Shown piece by piece: positions 24,516-33,813 of a stretch of 64,000 nt of DNA. Made by a program: the position numbers and the translations under genes. This DNA is from Chlamydiota bacterium (GTDB taxonomy: Bacteria; Chlamydiota; Chlamydiia; Chlamydiales; Rhabdochlamydiaceae). The notes beneath the pieces are model-generated. The model saw only the letters and a program-made list of their open reading frames with translations, was not told the DNA's origin and ran no database searches. Position 1 is the stretch's first letter; each line of letters opens with the position of its first letter. The stretch spans positions 10,151 to 74,150 of the forward strand of contig JABDFI010000002.1 in NCBI GenBank assembly GCA_013286595.1, in the 5' to 3' direction.

Positions 24516-25289
24516 TCAGAAGTAAATCGGTTTACTGACCTGTTCTTGAAAAGCAATGGATACTTCTGTAGAAGCTTGTAGAGTTTCTAACCTTTGTCTG
24601 ATGATCTTTAAAGCCAGTTCTGGAGCGTTGCACTCAGAAGAAAGATGGGCTAAATGGATGTGCTTGAGATCAGAGTGATAAATCAGTTCAATTAACTGCG
24701 CACACTCTTCATTGGATAAATGCCCTTGCCGACTAAGAACTCGTTGTTTGTAAACCATGGGCCGTGAAGATGCGTGTACCATCGAGGGTTGATGATTAGC
24801 TTCGACATAAAGATAATCACACTGTTTGAGATGATTAGCGACGAGAGTTGTTGCAAATCCAAGATCCGCACAGAAACCGATTTTTGTTCCTTCGACCTTT
24901 AATGTAAAACCCACTGGATCGATCGCATCGTGTTGTATGCTGAAGGGATGTACTTCGATATCGCCATATTCAAAGGTTTCTCCAGTTGCAAAGATTTTAA
25001 ATTTGGGAGTCTCTCTTAACAAAGAGCAGATGGCACTCGCAGTATCGCTATTGGCAAATACAGGAATTCCCATCCTACAAGCTAACATCTCTAATCCACG
25101 TATATGGTCGACATGTTCATGTGTGATTAAAATCGCATCGATTTCTTCTAATTCCACATGAAGTTGAGCTAAGCGCTCTCTGATCGCTTTAGCACTCAGG
25201 CCCGCGTCGATCAAAATCTTGGATCGTTCAGTTCCCAGATAAATACAATTGCCTTTAGATCCCGAGGCAAGCGGACAAAATCCTTTCAT
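24516..25289 (-). CDS. MBL-fold metallo-hydrolase (YycJ-like)
   Basis: ASGSKGNC and ITHEHVDHIRG (HxHxDH). At 257 aa it has the typical size. Confidence 0.75.
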   Translation of the reverse strand: MKGFCPLASGSKGNCIYLGTERSKILIDAGLSAKAIRERLAQLHVELEEIDAILITHEHVDHIRGLEMLACRMGIPVFANSDTASAICSLLRETPKFKIFATGETFEYGDIEVHPFSIQHDAIDPVGFTLKVEGTKIGFCADLGFATTLVANHLKQCDYLYVEANHQPSMVHASSRPMVYKQRVLSRQGHLSNEECAQLIELIYHSDLKHIHLAHLSSECNAPELALKIIRQRLETLQASTEVSIAFQEQVSKPIYF

Positions 25290-25318
25290 TCCGAAAATCT
25301 TAGCGTGGCACCTGTTAA

Positions 25319-26503
25319 TTAGTAAATAAGAATGCTCTCAAGCCCGAGAACGCCAAATGCCCAAATACCGATGAGAATATGAGAGATGCACACACCGACA
25401 AGAGTACGTTGCCGGTAATATAACCACCCCCAAAACAGGCCAAACATAAAAGCTGCGAACACAAAAGTAAACGTTTTCATCCCATGAAAAAGCATGAACA
25501 ACAAATTAGAGACAAAAATCGCTCTTAAGGCTTTATTGGGTCCTCGAAAAAAGTTCTCAAAGGAACTCTGCAAACAACCCCGCACAATCAGTTCTTGTAT
25601 GGGAACGAGAAGAATATAGACAGCAGATAGAATCAAAAACTCTTCCTGCTGATGCTCCTTCGTAAAAATATGCCAAAAAGGTTGTTTTTCGTGACCTAAT
25701 TGAAAGACCGGCAAGTCTTTGAAAATGGGGATAAACGTGACACAAAACCACTTGAAAATTAGCAATAAACCCATAATGGGTAAAGTCAGTGAGATCGACT
25801 CAATCGCATATTTCCCCGCGTTTCTCATGGTCAATCCATAAAATGATAGAGGGTACCCCGTTCGAACAACCATCCCGATTCCTGAAAACGCAATCGCTAA
25901 GATAATGACAGCGGAAAATACTCGAACAAACACCGATTCTGATGCATGCTGATTGAACAACTTAAAAACGAAAAAATAGGAAGTGATTAAGATGAGCATG
26001 TGAATGATGAGTGAGCTCATCTGATCGTGGACCTCAGAAGTTTTTAGCTCTTCTTGCAACGATCTCATGACAACTTCATTGGCATGGCGTAAGCGTCCGC
26101 TTAGTTTCTTGGTAAGGTGAACTGCCAATTTGGAGTAATCGATTTCATCGATAGATAGTTGTTGGATTTTTCCCAAGGCCAGAAAGACAATTTCTGCCTC
26201 TTCTATGGCTCGGACTGAAGCTGATCGCTTGGATTTATCAAAAACAGCCATTTCACCCACGCATTCCCCTGGTCCAAATGTAGCCAGCTTATGATGATGC
26301 TTGCCATCTTCTTTAACAATCTCGACCATCCCCTTTCTAATGATACAAAGGGATCCCCCTTTCTCTCCTTCTTTTAAGATGAACTCTCCCTTGGCATACC
26401 GTTGACATTCGATGAAAGGGCGAAGTAAATTCAATTCGTTTTCGGAAAAATCGCTAAACAACTCAATACTCTTCAAAAATGGGAGGACCTCGTCAGTGCT
26501 CAT
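25319..26503 (-). CDS. Cyclic-nucleotide-binding domain fused to a CPBP (CAAX/Abi) family intramembrane protease domain
   Basis: The N-terminal cNMP-binding fold shows FGPGECVGEMAVFD..KRSASVRA. The C-terminal polytopic region has CPBP-like motifs: QELIVRG (EExxxR-like), LFMLFHG and ISHILIG. Confidence 0.65.
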   Translation of the reverse strand: MSTDEVLPFLKSIELFSDFSENELNLLRPFIECQRYAKGEFILKEGEKGGSLCIIRKGMVEIVKEDGKHHHKLATFGPGECVGEMAVFDKSKRSASVRAIEEAEIVFLALGKIQQLSIDEIDYSKLAVHLTKKLSGRLRHANEVVMRSLQEELKTSEVHDQMSSLIIHMLILITSYFFVFKLFNQHASESVFVRVFSAVIILAIAFSGIGMVVRTGYPLSFYGLTMRNAGKYAIESISLTLPIMGLLLIFKWFCVTFIPIFKDLPVFQLGHEKQPFWHIFTKEHQQEEFLILSAVYILLVPIQELIVRGCLQSSFENFFRGPNKALRAIFVSNLLFMLFHGMKTFTFVFAAFMFGLFWGWLYYRQRTLVGVCISHILIGIWAFGVLGLESILIY

Positions 26504-26840
26504 GCCCCTATCCTTGTTTTTGATCCATCTATCCGGAGAATAGGCAAGTTCCTCTACTCACGCAAGAGATTTCATCAGGAAAAATTTTCCCACTTCTCTC
26601 AGAAAAAAAATAATTTAAGCTCAAAAACGAAAACCTAGATCGATCATTTAAAAACTAAAAACTAACCACTTAAAACAATAAACTATAATTAAATTATTTA
26701 TATAAATCGTAATTAAAAAGTTATTAACTTTGACAAAGTATAAATTATTTTAATAAAATCAGTCTTGAAGGGACCTAATAACGAACAGAACAGGTCACCA
26801 AAAGAATGTCCATAGTCAAAGAAGAGAAAGGGGGGATAAT

Positions 26841-27374
26841 ATGTCACCACAAGAAGCCACTGTTGCTAATACTGCACAAACTTCTACTAAAGCTCATAAT
26901 AACAGCTTTGCAGCCGCTCAACCTGAGAAAATTAACGTTGCTCAAGATGATCAGATCTTTTTCTATAACGGAGAAGATGCAACTACATTACCTAGTTCTA
27001 AACTATTAAAAGTACGTGAATTACAAGCGACAAATGATTCATTACAACGCCAAGTTGCTCAAATGGAAAAAGACCTTAAGGATTCTAGCGATTCTTTAAC
27101 CATTTTAGCAGAAAGAGAAAGATGTCTGATCATGATCGCTCGCAATACAGGCGAAATCTTAAAAATCCACACAGAAAACGAACTAAGACTCCGCCGAATC
27201 GCTGAACTTGAATCTGAGAACAACAGACTCAAGGTTGAAATCATGACTCAACGAGATAAATTCATTGATACACATGATATGCGTCAGCGCACTAAACATG
27301 CTTCTAGCTTCTTCTTGACTAAATCTAAAATTGAGAAAAACACAAACGAACTTCTTGATTTAACACAAGAGTAA
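26841..27374 (+). CDS. Hypothetical coiled-coil protein
   Basis: 177 aa. A strong purine-rich RBS (GAAAGGGGGG) precedes the ATG, and an extremely AT-rich tract lies upstream. The C-terminal two-thirds are heptad-like and charged. Confidence 0.55.
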   Translation: MSPQEATVANTAQTSTKAHNNSFAAAQPEKINVAQDDQIFFYNGEDATTLPSSKLLKVRELQATNDSLQRQVAQMEKDLKDSSDSLTILAERERCLIMIARNTGEILKIHTENELRLRRIAELESENNRLKVEIMTQRDKFIDTHDMRQRTKHASSFFLTKSKIEKNTNELLDLTQE

Positions 27375-27395
27375 GCCTACCCACCCCTTCTTTCG

Positions 27396-27426
27396 CGACT
27401 TAGTTATTCATTCGATAACTAAGTCG
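27396..27426 (+). terminator. Hairpin downstream of the coiled-coil gene
   Basis: 12-bp perfect stem CGACTTAGTTAT/ATAACTAAGTCG with a 7-nt loop, followed by TTAAATT. A second 10-bp hairpin lies at 27448-27480. Confidence 0.45.
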
Positions 27427-27607
27427 TTAAATTCAACAGTGCTTTCTGGTTTAATTCGCTAATAATAAGTGAATTAAACCAATTCTATTTCATCTAAATG
27501 TAAATTCACACACCAACTCATCCGCTAAATTAATTGACATAATTTCTCCTAAATGTTTTATCAAATAAAGAGAAGCTAATACAACAAAGCTTCTTTAGGG
27601 AAGAAAA

Positions 27608-27970
27608 ATGTTAAATACAGGCGAAGATATTTTAAATGATATCGATGCGACATTGGAACAACTGATATGTAACGCCGATATCATGAAGGGGATCACAGAC
27701 AAGCCCTTGCTCAGCTGTGAAGTCACAGCGCTGCAAAAAACTCAAGAAAGTCTCATGGCTCGATTGATTCACATGCAAGATCTCTTGGAAAAAGAGAAAA
27801 AAATCAAGGTGAGAACACAGAAGATGCTCATAGTAGATATTCAAGACAAACTGGTGTGCTTTGGGAAATTGAACGCCCAGATGATCGAACACGTAGAAAC
27901 GCGCATCCAATCGAGAAAAACGAAGAGAGTCGCAGTTAGACCGTGTCGAAAGAAGTCAAAAATTAGCTAG
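27608..27970 (+). CDS. Hypothetical protein with a basic C-terminus
   Basis: 120-aa ORF with GGGAAG upstream of the ATG. I recognise no motif. The 3' end overlaps the convergent E1 gene by 15 nt. Confidence 0.4.
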   Translation: MLNTGEDILNDIDATLEQLICNADIMKGITDKPLLSCEVTALQKTQESLMARLIHMQDLLEKEKKIKVRTQKMLIVDIQDKLVCFGKLNAQMIEHVETRIQSRKTKRVAVRPCRKKSKIS

Positions 27971-30001
27971 ATCTCGCACCGCGCGTTCGATATCCGCAAG
28001 CTGCGGTAATACAGCATCTTCTAACTGTTTACAGAACGGCACTGGGCAATCTTTTCCCGTTACACGCCTTACGGGCGCATCTAGATACGAGAAAGCTTCC
28101 TCTACAACACGCGCTGCAATCTCAGAAGCAAATCCACAGGTGCGGACAGCCTCCTGAGCCACTAAAAGTTTCCCTGTCTTGCGGACCGATTGTAATACCG
28201 TCTCTATGTCGAGGGGAACTAGTGTTCTTAAATCGATCACCTCAGCAGAAATCCCTTCATTAGCTAACGTATCTGCTACCTGAGCTGCCATGAACGTAGT
28301 CATGCCCCACGTGACAACAGTGACATCACTGCCTGTTCGAACCACTTTAGCCTTGCCTAGAGGTATGATTTCATGCTCTTCTGGCTCCTGGCGGGCACAG
28401 AACACCCGTTGGCGATAAAGAGCCTTATGTTCTAGGAAGACAACGGGATTAGGGTCGCGGATAGCCGCTTTTAGGAGGCGCTTAGCATCAGCTGCGTTGC
28501 TCGGAATCACCACCTTTAAACCAGGGCAATGGGCTAAATAAGCCTCATTGCTTTGAGAATGGTAAGGCCCACCCTGAATATACCCCCCATAAGGCATGCG
28601 TACGACAACAGGGCAATTCCACTCCCCATTAGAACGGTAATAAATACTGGCTAATTCATTAAATAATTGGTTAACCCCTGTCCACATGTAGTCGGTAAAC
28701 TGAATCTCGACGACGGGTTTAAAACCATTGACGGATAAACCGATTGCAACACCGATAATACTGGATTCTGCCAAAGGTGAGTTAAAGCAGCGGCTGTCAC
28801 CAAATTTTGCAGTTAAATGACGCGTAATCCCAAATACTCCCCCTTTCCCATGGGCAACATCCTGACCAAAAACGACAATCTCAGGATCGCGTTTCATCTC
28901 TTCTTCAAGGGCATGGTTGAGAGCATCCATCATCACAATGCTATCGCCAGAACTACTCTGATCTTCTGCATCAAGAGTAACAGGGCCTAGATCTACCTCT
29001 TTAAACACCCCTTCAGCTGCGCTCTCCACTGCGGGGAACGGCACTTGTTCTGCTGCGATTGAGGCTGCTTCGACATCGTGTAAGCACCTGGCGCGCAAAG
29101 AAGCTAATTCTTCTGCATTGACGATCTCTTCATCGAGTAACCACTGCTCAAAACGGGGAAGAGGATCTCTACGTCGATCCTGTTCCATGCACTGCTGATC
29201 TTTGTATTTGGCGGGATCATCGCTACTGCTATGAGGTCCAATCCGCGGTACTTTGGCTACGATGAGACTTGGCCCCAATCGAGCTCGCCCTTTAGCAACT
29301 GCTGCTGCCATTGCGCGCGACATCTCTTTATAGTCACAACCATCCATTTCTTGCACCAAGAGGCCTTCGTAACCTTGAGCCACCTTGGAGATAGTAGCTC
29401 CAGTGGTTTGATCCTTAACAGGAACTGAAATGGCCCATCCATTATCTTGAATGACAAAAATGACACCTAAACGATGAAGGCACGCATAGTTAAGCGCTTC
29501 GTGAAAATCCCCTTGTGATGTTGACCCATCTCCCCCTGACACATACACGACATCATCTCGGCCAGCGAGATGAGCACCATGTGCCACTCCCACAGCTTGT
29601 AAGAATTGAGAACCCACGCAGCTAGATTGGCAAGGAATGCGCAAATCTTTATGAGAAAAGTGTTCGGGCATCATTCTTCCGCTCGAATGATGAGGAATAT
29701 CCCGCGCCATCAAAGCTCCGATGATATCTTCAAGACTACATCCCAAACCAATGGCAAAAGCGCGATCACGATAATAGGGAAGCCCCCAATCTTTACCCCG
29801 AGTCAAATGCAGAGCACACACAGCTCCCACCATTTCGTGGCCCATGACACAGAGATGAAAGGTGCCCCCTTTATTTTGACGAACAAGCTTATTCATCTTG
29901 TCATCGGCAAAACGGGTCCAATACATGACCTCTAGTGTTTTAAGACACTGCTCTTTGGAGAGAATAGATAGAGTAAAATCTTCCGTAGTTAATGACGTCA
30001 T
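27956..30001 (-). CDS. Thiamine-diphosphate-dependent 2-oxoacid dehydrogenase E1 component, fused alpha and beta subunits
   Basis: The alpha part has the TPP motif GGDGSTSQGDFHEALNYA. The beta part (from about residue 345) shows MMDALNHALEEEM...VFGQDV...GGVF and the transketolase-like C-terminal domain. Confidence 0.85.
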   Translation of the reverse strand: MTSLTTEDFTLSILSKEQCLKTLEVMYWTRFADDKMNKLVRQNKGGTFHLCVMGHEMVGAVCALHLTRGKDWGLPYYRDRAFAIGLGCSLEDIIGALMARDIPHHSSGRMMPEHFSHKDLRIPCQSSCVGSQFLQAVGVAHGAHLAGRDDVVYVSGGDGSTSQGDFHEALNYACLHRLGVIFVIQDNGWAISVPVKDQTTGATISKVAQGYEGLLVQEMDGCDYKEMSRAMAAAVAKGRARLGPSLIVAKVPRIGPHSSSDDPAKYKDQQCMEQDRRRDPLPRFEQWLLDEEIVNAEELASLRARCLHDVEAASIAAEQVPFPAVESAAEGVFKEVDLGPVTLDAEDQSSSGDSIVMMDALNHALEEEMKRDPEIVVFGQDVAHGKGGVFGITRHLTAKFGDSRCFNSPLAESSIIGVAIGLSVNGFKPVVEIQFTDYMWTGVNQLFNELASIYYRSNGEWNCPVVVRMPYGGYIQGGPYHSQSNEAYLAHCPGLKVVIPSNAADAKRLLKAAIRDPNPVVFLEHKALYRQRVFCARQEPEEHEIIPLGKAKVVRTGSDVTVVTWGMTTFMAAQVADTLANEGISAEVIDLRTLVPLDIETVLQSVRKTGKLLVAQEAVRTCGFASEIAARVVEEAFSYLDAPVRRVTGKDCPVPFCKQLEDAVLPQLADIERAVRDLANF

Positions 30002-30005
30002 CCGC

Positions 30006-31136
30006 TCACTTTTTCTTAGGTTTTTTCTGAATCTGGGTCACCATCTTCATATCAGTTTTCTTCCCCTCAACTGTAGGTGATTTAGGACGCTCTTTCTTTT
30101 TACCCGGCAAGAACCCCTTGACTACATCGAGCAATCCCCGTTTTTTTCCTTCTTCCTCTTCTCCGATCTCTTCTTCGGGTTCTGGTTTTTTGCTCACAGC
30201 TTTAATCAGGCGTTCTTCCCCTTTCACCGCAGCTACATCTTCTAAGCCAATTAAGCGGCTAGAAAGATGGCGTAAGGATTCAAGACGTTCTGATAGTGCC
30301 TGCAATTTAGTATCGACTTTAACGCGGGAACTGCCGCGCAAATTAGCCAACAACTGAGCTTCTGTATCGAATTTGGCGGAAAATGTGACGGCTGCAGCAT
30401 TGGTAATTTCGGGTAAATAGAGAAATAAACGGCAAGCGCTTGGTACCGTAGTATACATATCAACAGTAACCTGAGGCTCAACTTCCACTTTAACAACCTG
30501 TTTGGGTGGGCGACCTCGTTTTGGCCGTGGATTCAGCGCTTCATTGGAGTAGTAAGTTTTAGCCTTAGTTTGAAGGGCTTCTCTCACGTTAGCGATATCC
30601 TTTGAAACTTTCACATCAAACAGATGGCGTTTTAGCTTTTCAAGCATATTTTTATTGAGATCTAGGTCCTCTTCAAAGACAAACTGGATGTTTTGGCTGC
30701 GCAACCATTCAATGATGCGAATGCGGGAACGCTCATGGTAATATTGCTGCCATTTTTCAAGTTCGGTCAAATGATCATAAATGAACTCAAGAAAATTTTC
30801 CCTAGCTTCCTTAGATTGAATGATATCAAGTAATTTTTCCTTGGTATCGATATCATAAACTTTTTCGTTAACAAATCCTTCCATGAACTTTTTTGTCTCA
30901 TAGAAAGTCAACTTAGGAATCAGGCAGTATCTAACATTATTTTCAGACACTTCTTGAAAGAGTTCATCCAGTTCGGCTTGTCCCTTATCGAGGTCGACAA
31001 AAACAATAAACCCTTCAACCTTATCAAGATAAAAATCTCTTTCATCATCTGATTTGGCAAAAGCGTCCATTAACCGGTGATAACGAAGTAATAGAGGGTT
31101 TTGAGCTTGAGGTAACTTAGCCATAAGTAAATCCAT
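30006..31136 (-). CDS. Conserved hypothetical protein with a Lys-rich C-terminal tail
   Basis: 376-aa ORF directly upstream of, and co-oriented with, the E1 gene (4-nt gap). I cannot name a family with confidence. Confidence 0.55.
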   Translation of the reverse strand: MDLLMAKLPQAQNPLLLRYHRLMDAFAKSDDERDFYLDKVEGFIVFVDLDKGQAELDELFQEVSENNVRYCLIPKLTFYETKKFMEGFVNEKVYDIDTKEKLLDIIQSKEARENFLEFIYDHLTELEKWQQYYHERSRIRIIEWLRSQNIQFVFEEDLDLNKNMLEKLKRHLFDVKVSKDIANVREALQTKAKTYYSNEALNPRPKRGRPPKQVVKVEVEPQVTVDMYTTVPSACRLFLYLPEITNAAAVTFSAKFDTEAQLLANLRGSSRVKVDTKLQALSERLESLRHLSSRLIGLEDVAAVKGEERLIKAVSKKPEPEEEIGEEEEGKKRGLLDVVKGFLPGKKKERPKSPTVEGKKTDMKMVTQIQKKPKKK

Positions 31137-31213
31137 TTTAAAGGCGCTAGTTTACCATAACAAGCCCCTCAATTCAAGAGCAAATGGAATCCATCAATAG
31201 ATATGCATAACCC

Positions 31214-31330
31214 AATTCCTTTCCCCTGCCCTTGCGCTTGCCCTTGCCCAAAAGCAAAAGAAGTTTACTTAAAAAATAATGCCGAATTTACCCATTAATC
31301 GGGCAAGCGCAAGGGCAGGGGAAAGAAATT
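31214..31330. repeat. Family-A palindromic element, intact copy
   Basis: AATTCCTTTCCCCTGCCCTTGCGCTTGCCC (31214-31243) pairs with GGGCAAGCGCAAGGGCAGGGGAAAGAAATT (31301-31330), with one bulge and a 57-nt loop. Confidence 0.85.
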
Positions 31331-31537
31331 GCGTCGTTAAATTTATGATTTTAATATCGCGAAGTTTTAATTGAATATATAAAATAATAAAAAAGTAACT
31401 AATAAAAAATTATAATTTAAATATTTATTTTATTATTTAATAATTTATTATTATACATAAAATAATGTATAAATTTAATCATTTACTGTAACAACATTAT
31501 TTAATATAATAAAACACAATAAAACCAAAGGAAAATT

Positions 31538-32749
31538 ATGTCCTCACTATCATCATCTCTAGCTTTAGCTCCTCTAACCTTACCCCCTGCATCCGCTGCA
31601 GCTGCACCGCCTGTAGTTGTTCCATCTAAGACCTCTTTTGAAGCAGTAACGTTGCCTAAAGATATTATGGCATATGTATTAACTTTCTTTTCAGATCCAA
31701 AAGCACTGCAATCAGCACGATTGACCTGCAAGGCTTGGGCAGACTTACCCTTCCGCGGTCACCATTTAGACTTGTCAGGCTATAAGAATTTATCAGATGA
31801 TCAACTACAAACCATTCTGAAACAACTCAAAGGAGCTAAGATTGAATCGATCAATTTGAACAGATGCGCCAAACTCACAAATCAAGGACTAGAACATCTC
31901 TCAAAGATCACCTCTCTCACATCACTTAATCTAAACCAATGCTCAAATATCTCAGATGATGGCCTTGCCCATCTAGTAACTCTCACATCTCTAAGTTCAC
32001 TTAATCTAGATCAATGCTCAAATATCTCAGATGATGGCCTTGCCCATCTAGTAACTCTCACATCTCTAAGTTCACTTAATCTAAGAGGATGCAGTAAAAT
32101 CACAGATGCTGGTCTTGACCATCTAGTAACTCTCACATCTCTAAGTTCACTTGATCTAAACTTGTGCAAGTTCACAGATGCTGGCCTTGCCCATCTAGTA
32201 ACTCTCACATCTCTAAGATCACTTAATCTAGGAGGATGGTGCCAAAACATCACAGATACTGGCCTTGCCCATCTAGTAACTCTCACATCTCTAAGTTCAC
32301 TTGAACTAAGCATGTGCAAGATCACAGATGATGGCCTTGCCCATCTATCAAAACTCAAATCTCTACGCTCACTTGATCTAAGCGGGTGCGACATCACAGA
32401 TGCTGGCCTTGCCGATCTATCAAAACTCACACTCTTAAGCTCACTTGATCTAGGCCACTGCCCCATCACAGATGCGGGCCTTGCCCATCTATCAAAACTC
32501 ACACTCTTAAGCTCACTTGATCTAAACTGGTGCGGTAAGATCACAGATGCGGGCGTTGCCCATCTATCAAAACTCACACTCTTAAGCTCACTTAACCTAA
32601 AGTGTTGCACAAACATCACAGATGCAGGCCTTGCTGATCTATCAAAACTCACACTCTTAAGCTCACTTGAACTAGATTATTCGGGGATTACCCGGGGTGC
32701 TGCAAAAGCTTTTAAGGAGAAACTGATTCCTAAAAAATGCCGCATTTAG
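31538..32749 (+). CDS. F-box domain protein with cysteine-containing LRRs
   Basis: F-box LPKDIMAYVLTFFSDPKALQSARLTCKAWADL, followed by about 12 repeats of LTSLSSLNLxxCxNI(S/T)DxGLAHL. AAGGAAAA RBS. Confidence 0.88.
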   Translation: MSSLSSSLALAPLTLPPASAAAAPPVVVPSKTSFEAVTLPKDIMAYVLTFFSDPKALQSARLTCKAWADLPFRGHHLDLSGYKNLSDDQLQTILKQLKGAKIESINLNRCAKLTNQGLEHLSKITSLTSLNLNQCSNISDDGLAHLVTLTSLSSLNLDQCSNISDDGLAHLVTLTSLSSLNLRGCSKITDAGLDHLVTLTSLSSLDLNLCKFTDAGLAHLVTLTSLRSLNLGGWCQNITDTGLAHLVTLTSLSSLELSMCKITDDGLAHLSKLKSLRSLDLSGCDITDAGLADLSKLTLLSSLDLGHCPITDAGLAHLSKLTLLSSLDLNWCGKITDAGVAHLSKLTLLSSLNLKCCTNITDAGLADLSKLTLLSSLELDYSGITRGAAKAFKEKLIPKKCRI

Positions 32750-32808
32750 AAAAAAATAGATCATTACATGTTTAATAATAATTAAAATTACAATTAGGAG
32801 ATTTAACA

Positions 32809-33813
32809 ATGTCATCATTATCCGGCTTAGTTCCTTTAACTTTACCAGCGACAGCGCAGCCAGCTTTACAAGAGCCAGCTTCTGTGCTTGCCCCTACACC
32901 TAAACACGCAACGGCCAGTATACAGGCTGTCCCTAGAGCCGTTTTCGGACGCATATTAAGCTTCCTTTCTACTCAAGAAAAAACTCTCGTTGTCCATCAT
33001 GTATGCCAAGATTGGCGTAAGCTACCTCTCGTCAGCGACGGCTGTCTAGATCTTTCTGAACTGCCCAATTTATCGGATAGCGATCTTAAAACCATTCTTG
33101 ATGAAGCAAGTGGTACTCGCATTACCTCTATCAACCTATCTAATTGCACGGAAATTACAAATGCTGGCCTTGCCCATCTATCAAAACTCACACTCTTAAG
33201 CTCACTTAATCTAACAGGGTGCGATTACATCACAGATGATGGCCTTGCCCATCTATCAAAACTCACACTCTTAAGCTCACTTAATCTAAGCGAGTGCAAA
33301 AACATCACAGATGCTGGCCTTGCCCATCTATTAAAACTCACACTCTTAAGCTCACTTGATCTAAGCTGGTGCGATAACATCACAGATGCTAGCCTTGTCC
33401 ATCTATCAAAACTCACACTCTTAAGCTCACTTAATCTAAGCGGATGCGATAACATCAGAGATGCTGGCCTTGCCCATCTATCAAAACTCACACTCTTAAG
33501 CTCACTTAATCTAAGCGTGTGCGCAAACATCACAGATACTGGCCTTGCCCATCTAGTCACTCTCACACTCTTAAGATCACTTGATCTAAGCGGGTGCGAT
33601 AACATCACAGATGATGGCCTTACCCATCTATCAAAACTCACACTCTTAAGCTCACTTAATCTAAGTGTGTGCACAAACATCACAGATGTTGGCCTTGCCC
33701 ATCTAGTAACTCTCACAGCTCTAAGCTCACTAGATCTAAGCTGGTGCGATAACATCACAGATGCTGGCCTTGCCCATCTATCAAAACTCAAATCTCTTAA
33801 GATCACTATCTAA
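32809..33813 (+). CDS. F-box domain protein with cysteine-containing LRRs (3' end frameshifted)
   Basis: F-box-like VPRAVFGRILSFLSTQEKTLVVHHVCQDWRKL plus 9 LRRs. AGGAG lies 8 nt upstream of the ATG. It terminates at ...KSLKITI*, where a 2-nt gap relative to the repeat consensus shifts the frame. Confidence 0.85.
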   Translation: MSSLSGLVPLTLPATAQPALQEPASVLAPTPKHATASIQAVPRAVFGRILSFLSTQEKTLVVHHVCQDWRKLPLVSDGCLDLSELPNLSDSDLKTILDEASGTRITSINLSNCTEITNAGLAHLSKLTLLSSLNLTGCDYITDDGLAHLSKLTLLSSLNLSECKNITDAGLAHLLKLTLLSSLDLSWCDNITDASLVHLSKLTLLSSLNLSGCDNIRDAGLAHLSKLTLLSSLNLSVCANITDTGLAHLVTLTLLRSLDLSGCDNITDDGLTHLSKLTLLSSLNLSVCTNITDVGLAHLVTLTALSSLDLSWCDNITDAGLAHLSKLKSLKITI

